The notes beneath the pieces are model-generated. The model was not told the DNA's origin. It saw nothing but the letters and a program-made list of their open reading frames with translations, and made no database searches. The translations under genes and the position numbers were made by a program. From Bacillota bacterium (GTDB lineage Bacteria; Bacillota; Clostridia; Christensenellales; SZUA-584): a stretch of 64,000 bases of DNA. Location: assembly GCA_023428025.1 (NCBI GenBank), contig JAEYZN010000039.1, positions 9,439 through 73,438 on the forward strand, in the 5' to 3' direction. This document shows positions 27,962 to 36,831 of the stretch, piece after piece; the first letter of the stretch is position 1, and each line of letters opens with the position of its first letter.

Positions 27962-28087
27962 CAAAAAAAATAAGCCCGGCAGATATCGTCTTGATACCTC
28001 CCAGGCTTTTATCCTTCCGTGACACAGCGCTGACGCTGCGAGTTTTCTCTCGGTCACAGGCCAGCGGTGCTGCGGAACCCTAGAAAA
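27962..28087 (-). promoter_or_regulatory. ykkC / guanidine-I riboswitch with terminator expression platform
   Basis: The minus strand reads TCTAGGGTTCCG...GACCGAGAG...ACGGAAGGATAAAAGCCTGGGAGG, then hairpin AAGCCTGGGAG/CTGCCGGGCTT plus T8, directly 5' of sugE. Confidence 0.85.
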
Positions 28088-28328
28088 CTTTTTGACGCTA
28101 TTCGATTTTTGCGGGCCTTCAAGTCAAAAATCATTATACGGGATTTTGGACGGCTGGTCAATGCCTCCGCCCATGAAAATATTGTAACGGATTGGCTGCA
28201 TCCGCAGTTTGTATACGATCACTTCTTGGTCATTTCGGACCACATGTAAGAATTTAATTGCATGCGCTATTATTGTATACCGTTATGTTATAATGAGTTG
28301 CTTTAACTTCTTCACAGGAGCGAACAGA

Positions 28329-29522
28329 ATGAACAGCAACAAAAAACAGGTGAACCTCTTCACAGCCGTGGTCTATTGCGCTGTCTTTTTTATGTGCATG
28401 TCCAACAACATCGTGGGCCCGCTGCTCAGCAACATCATGCAGCACTATTCCATCCGGCTGGACGGCGGCGGCCTGATGTCCATGTTCCAGAACATCGGCG
28501 GCACGCTGGCCATCATACTGTTCTCGTTCATCATGGATAAGCTGAACAAACCGGTCGCTTTTATGGCTCCGATGCTTTTTCTCGCCATCGCCATGCTGCT
28601 GATCGGAACAGCGCCCGCGTACGCCGTTTTCATGATTTTGTTCCTGTTCTTCGGAATATCCTTCAGCACCATGGATATGATGGGCAACGCGATCATCCCC
28701 GACGTCCAGCGGGAGAGAAGCGACGCGGCGCTGAGCCTGATGCACGGCATCGCGTCCATCGGGGCTGTTCTGGCTCCGCTGATCGCCGGAGGCATCACAC
28801 AGGCCGGCCTGCCCTGGCAAAACGTCTACACCGCCGTGGCGTGTGTCCTTCTCTTAATATTGATCGTTTACGCCATCACCTTCATATTCACGCGCAGCAG
28901 CCTGAAAGCTGTGAAAGCGGCGCAATCCGCTCATAGAGAAAAAGGGATCGCCAAAAAGTTCGTTCGGGACAAAAATGTATGGGTCGCGGTTGGAAGCATC
29001 GTCTTATTCGGCGGGTTCCAAAGCGGCATCCTCGTTTGGGTGTCGCAGTATTTCAAGGACATGTTTGGCTCCGGCCAGCTTGCGGCGGGCCTTGCCCTTA
29101 CCGCGTACTGGCTGGGCGCGGGCATCGTCCGCCTGCTGTTCGGCATGACGCCGCTTCGCAAACTGACCACGCGGCCTTTGGCGATCTACGGCAACATCAT
29201 CTCCGGGCTGTTCCTCGTTATCGGCGTGCTCATCCATAACTACTATGCCATGCTGGCCTGTGTGTTTCTGGCGGGCTGCGCGAACGCGCCCGTGCTGCCG
29301 AGAACCGTCGGGCTCGTCTGCGGCTGGTATCGGAGCAACTCCGGCCTTGCGTCCAGCGCTGTGTTCTCCGCGCTGTACCTGTCGTACGCGCTTGTTCCGC
29401 TGCTGATGGGGACGCTCGCGTCTGCATGGGGCTTGAATGCCCTGATGCTTGTTCCCGCGGTCTGTACCGTTCTGGCAGGCTTCCTGGCGATCCTGCTGCC
29501 GAAGAAAGCGGCGGCCTGTTGA
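28329..29522 (+). CDS. MFS transporter
   Basis: About 12 TM segments. AGGAG RBS before ATG 28329. Confidence 0.85.
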   Translation: MNSNKKQVNLFTAVVYCAVFFMCMSNNIVGPLLSNIMQHYSIRLDGGGLMSMFQNIGGTLAIILFSFIMDKLNKPVAFMAPMLFLAIAMLLIGTAPAYAVFMILFLFFGISFSTMDMMGNAIIPDVQRERSDAALSLMHGIASIGAVLAPLIAGGITQAGLPWQNVYTAVACVLLLILIVYAITFIFTRSSLKAVKAAQSAHREKGIAKKFVRDKNVWVAVGSIVLFGGFQSGILVWVSQYFKDMFGSGQLAAGLALTAYWLGAGIVRLLFGMTPLRKLTTRPLAIYGNIISGLFLVIGVLIHNYYAMLACVFLAGCANAPVLPRTVGLVCGWYRSNSGLASSAVFSALYLSYALVPLLMGTLASAWGLNALMLVPAVCTVLAGFLAILLPKKAAAC

Positions 29523-29644
29523 CAACCGGCGTCTCCCTGGAGGATCAGAATTTAGTCCTTCCACAAGGTGTCTGCCCTGTCATGGATCATTCGCGCAGTC
29601 TGACTGCAAGAAAACGCATGATTGGCGCAGCTGCCACAGAGAAT

Positions 29645-29676
29645 AAAACTCCCGTATCAAAAAAGCGGGAGTTTTT
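29645..29676. terminator. Bidirectional terminator
   Basis: AAAACTCCCG...CGGGAGTTTTT between convergent genes. Confidence 0.75.
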
Positions 29677-29739
29677 AATAGGGGGCGGCTGCTTGCAAGC
29701 CCTGTGGCCAATTGGAATTTGGCTAGTTTCACAAGATGC

Positions 29740-30300
29740 TCATAATTCTGCTACCACCCGGCAGGGTAAGCCTGTCATGTCTGTATAATTCAGAGGGTAT
29801 GTATTTGCTATAAAGGCTCCATCGCCCAGAGTCAGCACCTGATGCAGATTACAAAGATTTTCAATGATAAACACACCTCTGTCCGCGCAATACTGATCTT
29901 TCGGTGTATGCTCTTTTCCCCTGCGTACCCCCGCAAAATCCACGCCGATAATAGAAACGCCTTTATCAAGCAGCTTATCAATCAGCTCGCCGGATAGCTG
30001 CGGATGGTCTGTAAAATATAGTTTTCCTCCATACCCCACTTTTTCAATAAATCCGGAGCTGAATGCCACAAACATATTATCGGACACCTGATCCAAATCA
30101 ATATCTTTTGATGTGATGTCCCTATCCCTGACTTGACTGACATCAAATACGATTCCCCGCCGTTTGGTAAATTCCAGTGGAAATTCTTTATTCATGACAT
30201 CAAAATGTGTTCCAAGATGGCCGACAAGACTCTTTTTTTCATTACCTTGTGCGTCCGCTACCATTTTGGGTGTAATTTTCAAAGTCATATCAATCAACAT
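29740..30300 (-). CDS. Putative cyclase-family (kynurenine formamidase-like) protein, low G+C
   Basis: HLGTHFD motif, about 186 aa. Confidence 0.65.
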   Translation of the reverse strand: MLIDMTLKITPKMVADAQGNEKKSLVGHLGTHFDVMNKEFPLEFTKRRGIVFDVSQVRDRDITSKDIDLDQVSDNMFVAFSSGFIEKVGYGGKLYFTDHPQLSGELIDKLLDKGVSIIGVDFAGVRRGKEHTPKDQYCADRGVFIIENLCNLHQVLTLGDGAFIANTYPLNYTDMTGLPCRVVAEL

Positions 30301-30423
30301 AATCGTACCTTCTGTTATATAAATATCGGCACTTCAATTCGTGCTTATCCCTTACCAATATATCAAAAAAGAAAGGCGTACTGCAACAGTCCCTTGTTAC
30401 AGCAACGTGACTCAGCGGTTTTT

Positions 30424-31248
30424 CTACAGAAAGCATTCCGGCTCCGCGCGACGGGCATACCTCTGTTCCAGCTCGCGCAGGTGGTATAGATAATCCGCGT
30501 CCGCAAAATGCTTCGCCTGCCGCGGGCAGCGCTTCACGCACGCGCCGCATTTGATGCAGATGCCCGCGACCTCCCGCACATCTTCAAAGCTGACGGACCC
30601 CATCGGGCAAAGCGCCGCGCAGGCCTTGCAGTTATCGCATGCCGCCGCGGTCCGCGGCTTCACCCGGCGTATGTCCACCGGATGCCCCTGCGCGTCCCTG
30701 GGCTGGTAGTACCCCCGGTATGGGGCGGGCGTTCCGCTGACCGCGATGAGCGCCGGAATCCCTTCCACCCGGCTGATGTTGTCCGCCGCTGACCGCGCGA
30801 ACTCTTCGGCCGCGGCCATGTCCGCCCTGTCCGGCCGGCCCGCTGCCAACGCTGTTGAAAACGCATGCTCTCCCACAAACGCGGCGGCGGCAAACGGATA
30901 AAAGCCCGTCCGGTGCAGGATGTCCCGCAGCTCGATCAAAGCATCGTCATAATTCCTGTTCCCGAAAAGCACGGCGGGTATCGCGGCGGCCCCGCTGCCC
31001 GCCAGCGTATCCAGAAACTTCAGCAGCACATTCGGCACCCGGCCCGCATAGACCGGCACGCCGAACACCACCAGATCAGCTTCGTCAAAGCGCAGCGGCT
31101 GCCTTCTGTCCTGCGGAAGCGTGAAATCGAACACCTGATGCGGGCAATGCAGGCGGTCAGCCGCCGTTTCCGCCATCCGTGTCACGACCTTTTTTGTCGT
31201 CCCTGTCGCGCTGAAAAAAGCCGCGCAGACCCTTTTGACCTCAGCCAT
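30424..31248 (-). CDS. EFR1-family ferredoxin (flavodoxin-like domain + 2x[4Fe-4S] motif)
   Basis: FFSATGTTKKV flavodoxin-like N-terminus. CDNCKACAALCP and CIKCGACVKRCP clusters. Confidence 0.8.
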   Translation of the reverse strand: MAEVKRVCAAFFSATGTTKKVVTRMAETAADRLHCPHQVFDFTLPQDRRQPLRFDEADLVVFGVPVYAGRVPNVLLKFLDTLAGSGAAAIPAVLFGNRNYDDALIELRDILHRTGFYPFAAAAFVGEHAFSTALAAGRPDRADMAAAEEFARSAADNISRVEGIPALIAVSGTPAPYRGYYQPRDAQGHPVDIRRVKPRTAAACDNCKACAALCPMGSVSFEDVREVAGICIKCGACVKRCPRQAKHFADADYLYHLRELEQRYARRAEPECFL

Positions 31249-31383
31249 CCGCTTCTCTCCCGATCATTTGTCGCCCCATGCTATCACGGATGGCATGTAA
31301 AAAGCAACCGGATCGCTTCACCTTCAGCCGTTTCTCGCCAACAGACAGACATGAACTTGATTAAACGTTTAGTAAAATGGCAA

Positions 31384-31410
31384 AAGACTTGTATAATTTA
31401 CACAAGTCTT
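31384..31410 (+). promoter_or_regulatory. Perfect 9-bp-stem inverted repeat around a TATAAT box upstream of mrr
   Basis: AAGACTTGT-ATAATTTAC-ACAAGTCTT, followed by a second TATAAT (31411-31416). Confidence 0.45.
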
Positions 31411-31447
31411 TATAATGTAAGTTAGATTTTTTAGAGGGGTAGATAAA

Positions 31448-32317
31448 GTGGCAAAAAATATTGTACCAGCCTATAATGAGATGATGATAGAGCTTTTTCA
31501 AGCGCTTAAAGAACTTGGTGGGTCAGGAACAATTAATGAAATTGACCAAAAGACTCTTGAGTTGCTAAACCTACCCGAAAAGGTTACAGAAGTCCCCCAT
31601 GGTAATGGTAGTAAAACAGAAGTGGAGTATCGTCTAGCTTGGACAAGAACTTATATGAAGAAGGTTGGACTTTTAGAGAATTCTTCACGAGGAGTATGGT
31701 CATTAACGGCCAAAGGGCGAGAAATTGATGCGATTTATCCTGAGGAAATAGTAGCTCAAGTACGGGCTATGTCATTTTTGAAAGCATCTAAAAAGAATCA
31801 GTTAATCAATATTAATGATAACAATCTTGAAAATGACGGCGTTGATATTCCTGATGAAATACAAGGGTGGCGTGACCAATTAAAGAATGTCTTATTCAAC
31901 TTATCTCCAGATGCTTTTGAACGGCTAGCCCAGCGTATACTTCGAGAATCTGGTTTTGTTCAGGTCGAGGTTACAGGCCGATCGGGCGACGGAGGTGTAG
32001 ATGGTACAGGTACAATAAAGTTAAATGGTATAATCAGTTTTCATATGTTGTTCCAATGCAAAAGATATCAGGGAAGCGTTTCATCGAGTGAAATAAGAGA
32101 TTTTCGTGGCGCTATGCAAGGACGTGCAGACAAAGGGCTTTTTATTACAACGGGAAAATTCTCGTCAGATGCCATTAAAGAGGCAAACCGAGCAGGAACA
32201 ACTCCGATTGATTTAATTGACGGGAATGACCTTGTTGAAAAATTGAAAGACCTTCAACTGGGTGTAATCCCGATTATGGATTATTCTATTGATGATTCCT
32301 GGTTTGCTTCAATATAA
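31448..32317 (+). CDS. mrr: Mrr-family type IV (modification-dependent) restriction endonuclease
   Basis: Mrr N-terminal winged helix (YNEMMIELFQALKELGGSGTINEI) and catalytic core GDGGVDG...FQCKRY. Markedly lower G+C than the flanks. GTG start. Confidence 0.9.
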   Translation: MAKNIVPAYNEMMIELFQALKELGGSGTINEIDQKTLELLNLPEKVTEVPHGNGSKTEVEYRLAWTRTYMKKVGLLENSSRGVWSLTAKGREIDAIYPEEIVAQVRAMSFLKASKKNQLININDNNLENDGVDIPDEIQGWRDQLKNVLFNLSPDAFERLAQRILRESGFVQVEVTGRSGDGGVDGTGTIKLNGIISFHMLFQCKRYQGSVSSSEIRDFRGAMQGRADKGLFITTGKFSSDAIKEANRAGTTPIDLIDGNDLVEKLKDLQLGVIPIMDYSIDDSWFASI

Positions 32318-32324
32318 TACTCAA

Positions 32325-32668
32325 TTACCCCTGCCTCCCCCCCATCGCCTTGAGCCGCTTCTCCACCATTGGAATGGGTATGATCAGCGCGGCGAGTGGG
32401 AACGGCAGCAATGCGAGGGTCAAAATCTCGGACGGCACCAGCAGCTTCGCGAGTACCGTGAACACGATGAGCGGCGGGCCCACGCGCAGCAGGATGCGCC
32501 CATAGAGGCGGTGCGCCTCGTCCACGCCGCCTGCGGCGCCATGGAGCGGCGCGTGCGGTAGCCGCAAAACATGTTGATGCGGCGCGGCGGACGGAAGGCA
32601 AACAGCAGCCCGGCTGCCAGCACCATGGCGGGTATCAGTATATCCACGATCCAGAAGAACAACATCAT
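32325..32668 (-). pseudogene. SdpI/YhfL-family membrane protein with a -1 frameshift
   Basis: INMFCGYRTRRSMAPQAAW (frame a) continues as DEAHRLYGRILL... in another frame (ORF 32325-32567). The switch is at about 32521-32524. Confidence 0.75.
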
Positions 32669-32793
32669 AACAGCCTTAGCCTCCGCGATAACTGCGCCAG
32701 AAGCATTCAAAACCGGCCCCAGACGGGGACCGGTTACACGATACACCGCTCTGCGCCAAATATCCGGCGATTTCTTCGGTCCTCACGACGGTT

Positions 32794-33846
32794 CTATTCC
32801 AGCTCGAACTCCATCACGTTGCCCGTGTTGCGGTGCGCGAAGATGCTCCCGTCCAGACCGGTCAGGTTATATACGGTTGTCCACTGGAGCTTGTCCTCGT
32901 CGCCGTCCCACACGCCGATCTCGGCCAGCAAAGCCGCCGCGTCGTCCTCACTGAGCATGCCGCCGCCCGCTTCGATGCGCGCCTTCACCGTGTCGTACCG
33001 CTCAAACTCGGTGAAGCCTTCGCCCAGGTTCATGCCGTTGTACGCCACGAAATTGGACGCGATCTGGTAGTCCGCGTCCGGCGCCACCGTCTGCAGCGCG
33101 CCGTCCCAGTATTCCACGATCACCGAAGCGCCCGAGGCGTCCGCGATGAGATAGTGGCAGGTCACGTCCGCCGAGAAATAGATGTTGTATTGTTTGAGCA
33201 GCTCCACCGCCTCGTCCACGCTGGCGGCCTTGTCCAGCACCAGCCGGATGGCCGTGGTGGTGTTGAGCGTCACTTCCTTGTCCTTGGGCGGCTGCGCCTC
33301 GGGCACGGCCAGCAGCGCGATGGCGACGCCCTTCTCGTTCATGCCGTCGAACGGCAGGAACGGCGCGGCCAGCGTCAGAAAGCTGCTCGCAGAGATGCCC
33401 GCGGCCGGCAGCTTGTCCGCCGAATAGCCCGCGAACGTCAGGTTCACGGTGGAGACGGACGCGTAACCGCCGTCCGGGTCAGTGAACACCTGTAATGACG
33501 GGGTATAGCCGAAGTCGAAGTTGCGCCCGTATACCACGTCGCCTTCGGCGTTGCGCGTCACAAAAGCGGTGCAGCCGTCCCCCGTCACGCCGAGGTCTAT
33601 GGGCAGACCCTTGAGCAGCCGCTTGGTGACGTACGCCTCGATGTCGCCGTCGCTCGTCGCGCCCGTCTTCAGGAACTCATTGAACCCGTAGTCGCCGTAA
33701 TACGTCATGCGGTACATCGGGTAATCGTCCACTTGCTGCAGCGTGGCCAGAGTGCGCAGTTCGTTGAAGAAGACCGCCGCCGCCAGCACGGCCAGTATCA
33801 ATATGATACAGAGCAAAGCGCCGAATATGCGCCCCAGTGTTTTCAT
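32794..33846 (-). CDS. Ntn-hydrolase (choloylglycine hydrolase / C45 acyltransferase-like) with N-terminal membrane anchor
   Basis: TM anchor, then GDGCTAFVTRN...GRNFDF with a candidate nucleophile Cys. Confidence 0.7.
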   Translation of the reverse strand: MKTLGRIFGALLCIILILAVLAAAVFFNELRTLATLQQVDDYPMYRMTYYGDYGFNEFLKTGATSDGDIEAYVTKRLLKGLPIDLGVTGDGCTAFVTRNAEGDVVYGRNFDFGYTPSLQVFTDPDGGYASVSTVNLTFAGYSADKLPAAGISASSFLTLAAPFLPFDGMNEKGVAIALLAVPEAQPPKDKEVTLNTTTAIRLVLDKAASVDEAVELLKQYNIYFSADVTCHYLIADASGASVIVEYWDGALQTVAPDADYQIASNFVAYNGMNLGEGFTEFERYDTVKARIEAGGGMLSEDDAAALLAEIGVWDGDEDKLQWTTVYNLTGLDGSIFAHRNTGNVMEFELE

Positions 33847-33929
33847 GGCATCCCCCTGTTACGGTATCTGTCGATGGAATTATACCATAACAAGGCCGCA
33901 TATCACAACGCGCGTCTGCGGCCACAGGT

Positions 33930-34067
33930 CTACCGCCGTGTGAACGCTTCCTCTCTCGCCGAGTAGCCGCACCTGTCGCAGAACAGATACCCGCCGATGC
34001 TCAGCCGCTCGAACACCTTTGTCTGCCCGCAGTTGGGGCAAATGGCGCCCAGCCCGTCCATGATCAC
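33930..34067 (-). CDS. Small zinc-ribbon protein (not in ORF track)
   Basis: (V)IMDGLGAICPNCGQTKVFERLSIGGYLFCDRCGYSAREEAFTRR. GTG 34067 lies 7 nt after GAGGTG. ATG 34061 is an alternative start. Confidence 0.45.
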   Translation of the reverse strand: MIMDGLGAICPNCGQTKVFERLSIGGYLFCDRCGYSAREEAFTRR

Positions 34068-34139
34068 AACATTGCACCTCTTTTCATTGCTGATACATTT
34101 ATTGTGACCCGCCGGCAGGCTTTTTACTTGCTCCGCGTT

Positions 34140-34958
34140 TTATCCGTTTTCCACAAACTGCGCCAGCTCCTGATTGAATTTCTCCTTCTGGTCGCAGAAC
34201 AGGAAATGGCCGCTCTCCTCGAACGGCACCAGTCTGGCGTTTCGGATGCCGTCCCGCTGGGCCACGGCCAGCGGAAACAGGCAGACCTGATCGTGGGTGC
34301 CGTGCAATATCAGCGTGGGCGCGTCGATGGTCTTCAGGTCGTAAAACAGCCCTTCCTCATCCAGCCAGGTGTTCGCAATGGCCGCCGTCGCCCAGCCCGC
34401 CGCCCGCAGCCCCAGCTGGAATATCCAGTCCGTGAAGGGCGCGGTCTTGTACTGAAAGAAGATCGTGTTGCCAAAGTCGGTGATCACCTTGGGCCGGTCG
34501 GTGTATGTGCCCTGAATGATGTCCAGCACCACCTGCCTGGGCAGCCCGTACGGAAAATAGGGCCGCTGTATCAGGCTGGGCGCGGCGGCGGCAAACAGCC
34601 CCAGCTTGGACACGCCGTGCCCGTTGTGCCTCGCCATGTACCGGACGCAGATCGCGCCGCCGGTAGAGTGCCCGCCCAGCGTGATATTGCGCAGCTGGAG
34701 CGCGTCAATCACGGCCCGCACGTCATCCGACAGCCGGTCGTAGTCATAGCCGCTCCACGGCTTGTCGGACAGGCCGAAGCCCCGGCAGTCCATCCCGACG
34801 CACCTGAAGCCCATGCCGGGCAGTTGGTCGAACTGGTACTCAAACAAATTGTGGTCTCCGGGCCAGCCATGGATAAACAGTATCGTCTTGCTGCCCGCCG
34901 GGTTCAGGTCCTCCACAAACACCCGCACCCCCTGCTCAACTTCTATGTAATACCCCAT
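34140..34958 (-). CDS. Alpha/beta hydrolase (non-haem haloperoxidase/esterase-like)
   Basis: LFIHGWPG, GHSTGG, C-terminal ESGHF. GGAGGGG RBS before ATG 34958. The longer 440-aa ORF is an upstream read-through artefact. Confidence 0.9.
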   Translation of the reverse strand: MGYYIEVEQGVRVFVEDLNPAGSKTILFIHGWPGDHNLFEYQFDQLPGMGFRCVGMDCRGFGLSDKPWSGYDYDRLSDDVRAVIDALQLRNITLGGHSTGGAICVRYMARHNGHGVSKLGLFAAAAPSLIQRPYFPYGLPRQVVLDIIQGTYTDRPKVITDFGNTIFFQYKTAPFTDWIFQLGLRAAGWATAAIANTWLDEEGLFYDLKTIDAPTLILHGTHDQVCLFPLAVAQRDGIRNARLVPFEESGHFLFCDQKEKFNQELAQFVENG

Positions 34959-35138
34959 ATAACACCCCTCCGCGCATAAATTCTCCATAATAGCGTATTT
35001 AACGGCATGGGCTATTATGATTCGCGCGCGATAGCGGGAGACGTATAATACTGTATATAGTATGATCCGGGAATGCTGATCCCGATAATGTAAAGTCACG
35101 GACGCGTCCGCGCGCGCATATGTTACACCAAGGAGTGA

Positions 35139-35432
35139 TTGGCTTTGCATACGCATCAGTTCAAGGGCGTCACCGTCTATGTGGACGGACACCTGCACCT
35201 GTTTTCCGGCGTCACCAGCGCCAGCCCGGAAACGCCGGGCCATACCCATATCGTATCCGGCGAGACCACGACGACGGACGGCCATTCGCACGGTTTTTCC
35301 ATCCAGACGCAGCCGCCGACATACGTGGATGAAGGCGGTTACAAGCACTACCATTATTACGTGGGCCAGACCTACAACGTGCGCAACCACAGCCACGGCA
35401 TGGAGAGCACCACCTTCGTGCTGGGCGAATAG
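35139..35432 (+). CDS. YmaF-family His-rich protein
   Basis: Repeated HxH-x-F-x-G-x-T units (HTHQFKGVT, HLHLFSGVT, HTHIVSGET, HSHGFSIQT). TTG start (35139 or 35145) after AGGAG. Confidence 0.65.
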   Translation: MALHTHQFKGVTVYVDGHLHLFSGVTSASPETPGHTHIVSGETTTTDGHSHGFSIQTQPPTYVDEGGYKHYHYYVGQTYNVRNHSHGMESTTFVLGE

Positions 35433-35523
35433 ACACCGTTCGCCTTTGTTCGCCGTAGGCACAGCCGGGCAGCCGTGCTATAATGTCTTTATGGTTTCAT
35501 TCCTTTCAATCGCGAGGCGCTTC

Positions 35524-36474
35524 ATGAAACGCGGCCTGCTGCTGCTTTGCATATTGCTGCTGCTGCTGGCTGCGGCCTGCCAGCGCATACCCGCTTTCGC
35601 GCCGGATACGGACGCGCGCTGGGGCGAGACGCCCGCGCCGTCGTCCATGCTGCCGCCGCTGCCCTCCCCCACACCCGCGCCCGCGCCCGTCACGGGAGAC
35701 GTCGAAGACCTGAAGCTGACGCTGTCGTTCTATTTCGGCGAACGCACCGGTCTGTATTCGGGGGCGCTGGTAAACGACCTGCCCCACGGCTACGGCAGCT
35801 TCATCGCCGCAAACCTGGATGGCGTCGGCTGGATGTACGAAGGCCATTGGGACAGCGGCCATTTCAGCGGGCTGGGCCAATGCTTCTGGGCCGACGGCTC
35901 CATGGAAGAGGGCGAATACTTAAACGACGAGCTGCATGGCGAAGGCCGTGAATACATAGACGGTGTGCTGCGGTATGAAGGCGGCTATGCCGCGGGCCAT
36001 TTTGACGGACAGGGTACGCTTTACGGCCTGAGCGGCATACGCATCTACACCGGCGCTTTCCGAAACGGCTACATCGTGGAAGACGCGGCAGCGCGCGAGG
36101 CGCGCATCAGCGCTTTCAAGCAGCGGTGTGCCGCGCCCGATTACGCCGCGCTGTATTCCGGTGCTGAAGCCGCGGCGAGTGACTGCGTGCAGGTGTCCGG
36201 CACGGTGTGCCGCGTGTTCGCGCCGTATCCCGACGCGCCGTATTATTGCAGCTTTCTGATGGCGGACGCGGCCACGCAGCAGAATGTCGTGAGCGTCAAC
36301 CACCTGCTCTCCACGGACGAGGTGCTGCCTGTTGTCGGCCAGAGCGTCACCGTCTGGGGCACGGCGGATACACTGTATACTTACACCACGCAGCTGAACT
36401 CGCCCGTATCCGTACCGCAGGTGGAGGCCTGGAGCGTGGAGAAGGGCGAATATCCCGACGGCTTTGAGGCGTAA
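35524..36474 (+). CDS. MORN-repeat lipoprotein
   Basis: MKRGLLLLCILLLLLAAAC lipobox. Repeated YxGxxxxxxxHGxG units. GCTATAAT box at 35476-35483. Confidence 0.8.
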   Translation: MKRGLLLLCILLLLLAAACQRIPAFAPDTDARWGETPAPSSMLPPLPSPTPAPAPVTGDVEDLKLTLSFYFGERTGLYSGALVNDLPHGYGSFIAANLDGVGWMYEGHWDSGHFSGLGQCFWADGSMEEGEYLNDELHGEGREYIDGVLRYEGGYAAGHFDGQGTLYGLSGIRIYTGAFRNGYIVEDAAAREARISAFKQRCAAPDYAALYSGAEAAASDCVQVSGTVCRVFAPYPDAPYYCSFLMADAATQQNVVSVNHLLSTDEVLPVVGQSVTVWGTADTLYTYTTQLNSPVSVPQVEAWSVEKGEYPDGFEA

Positions 36475-36499
36475 CGGCAGCAAAGTATAGCGACCACTC

Positions 36500-36524
36500 A
36501 GCGGACTTATAAGCCGCTTTTTTT
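36500..36524 (+). terminator. Rho-independent terminator
   Basis: AGCGG-loop-CCGCT followed by T7. Confidence 0.65.
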
Positions 36525-36559
36525 ATCCTTAAAATCCAGACCATTTATGGAAAGCACGC

Positions 36560-36609
36560 TTGACATTTCCCGTATTCCGCGTTATGCTTTAACGGAAAGT
36601 TAACTTTCC
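36560..36609 (+). promoter_or_regulatory. Promoter plus perfect 16-bp palindrome operator of the XRE gene
   Basis: TTGACA 36560-65, 17 nt, TATGCT 36583-88. GGAAAGTTAACTTTCC at 36594-36609. Confidence 0.6.
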
Positions 36610-36630
36610 ATTTTTGGATAAGGAGCTGCC

Positions 36631-36828
36631 ATGAAAAACAGGCTGGAGGAGCTGCGCAAACAGCGCGGCATCCGTCAGGAGGAGCTGGCCGCCGCGCTCA
36701 GCGTGTCGCGCCAGACCATCGGGTCTCTGGAAAACGGGCGGTACAACCCGTCCATCAAGCTGGCGCTGAAGATCGCGCGGTATTTCGGGCTGCCCGTGGA
36801 GCAGATATTCATCGACGAGGAGGAATGA
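36631..36828 (+). CDS. XRE-family (YozG-like) HTH regulator
   Basis: LRKQRGIRQEELAAALSVSRQTIGSLENGRYNPS. Confidence 0.9.
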   Translation: MKNRLEELRKQRGIRQEELAAALSVSRQTIGSLENGRYNPSIKLALKIARYFGLPVEQIFIDEEE

Positions 36829-36831
36829 ACT

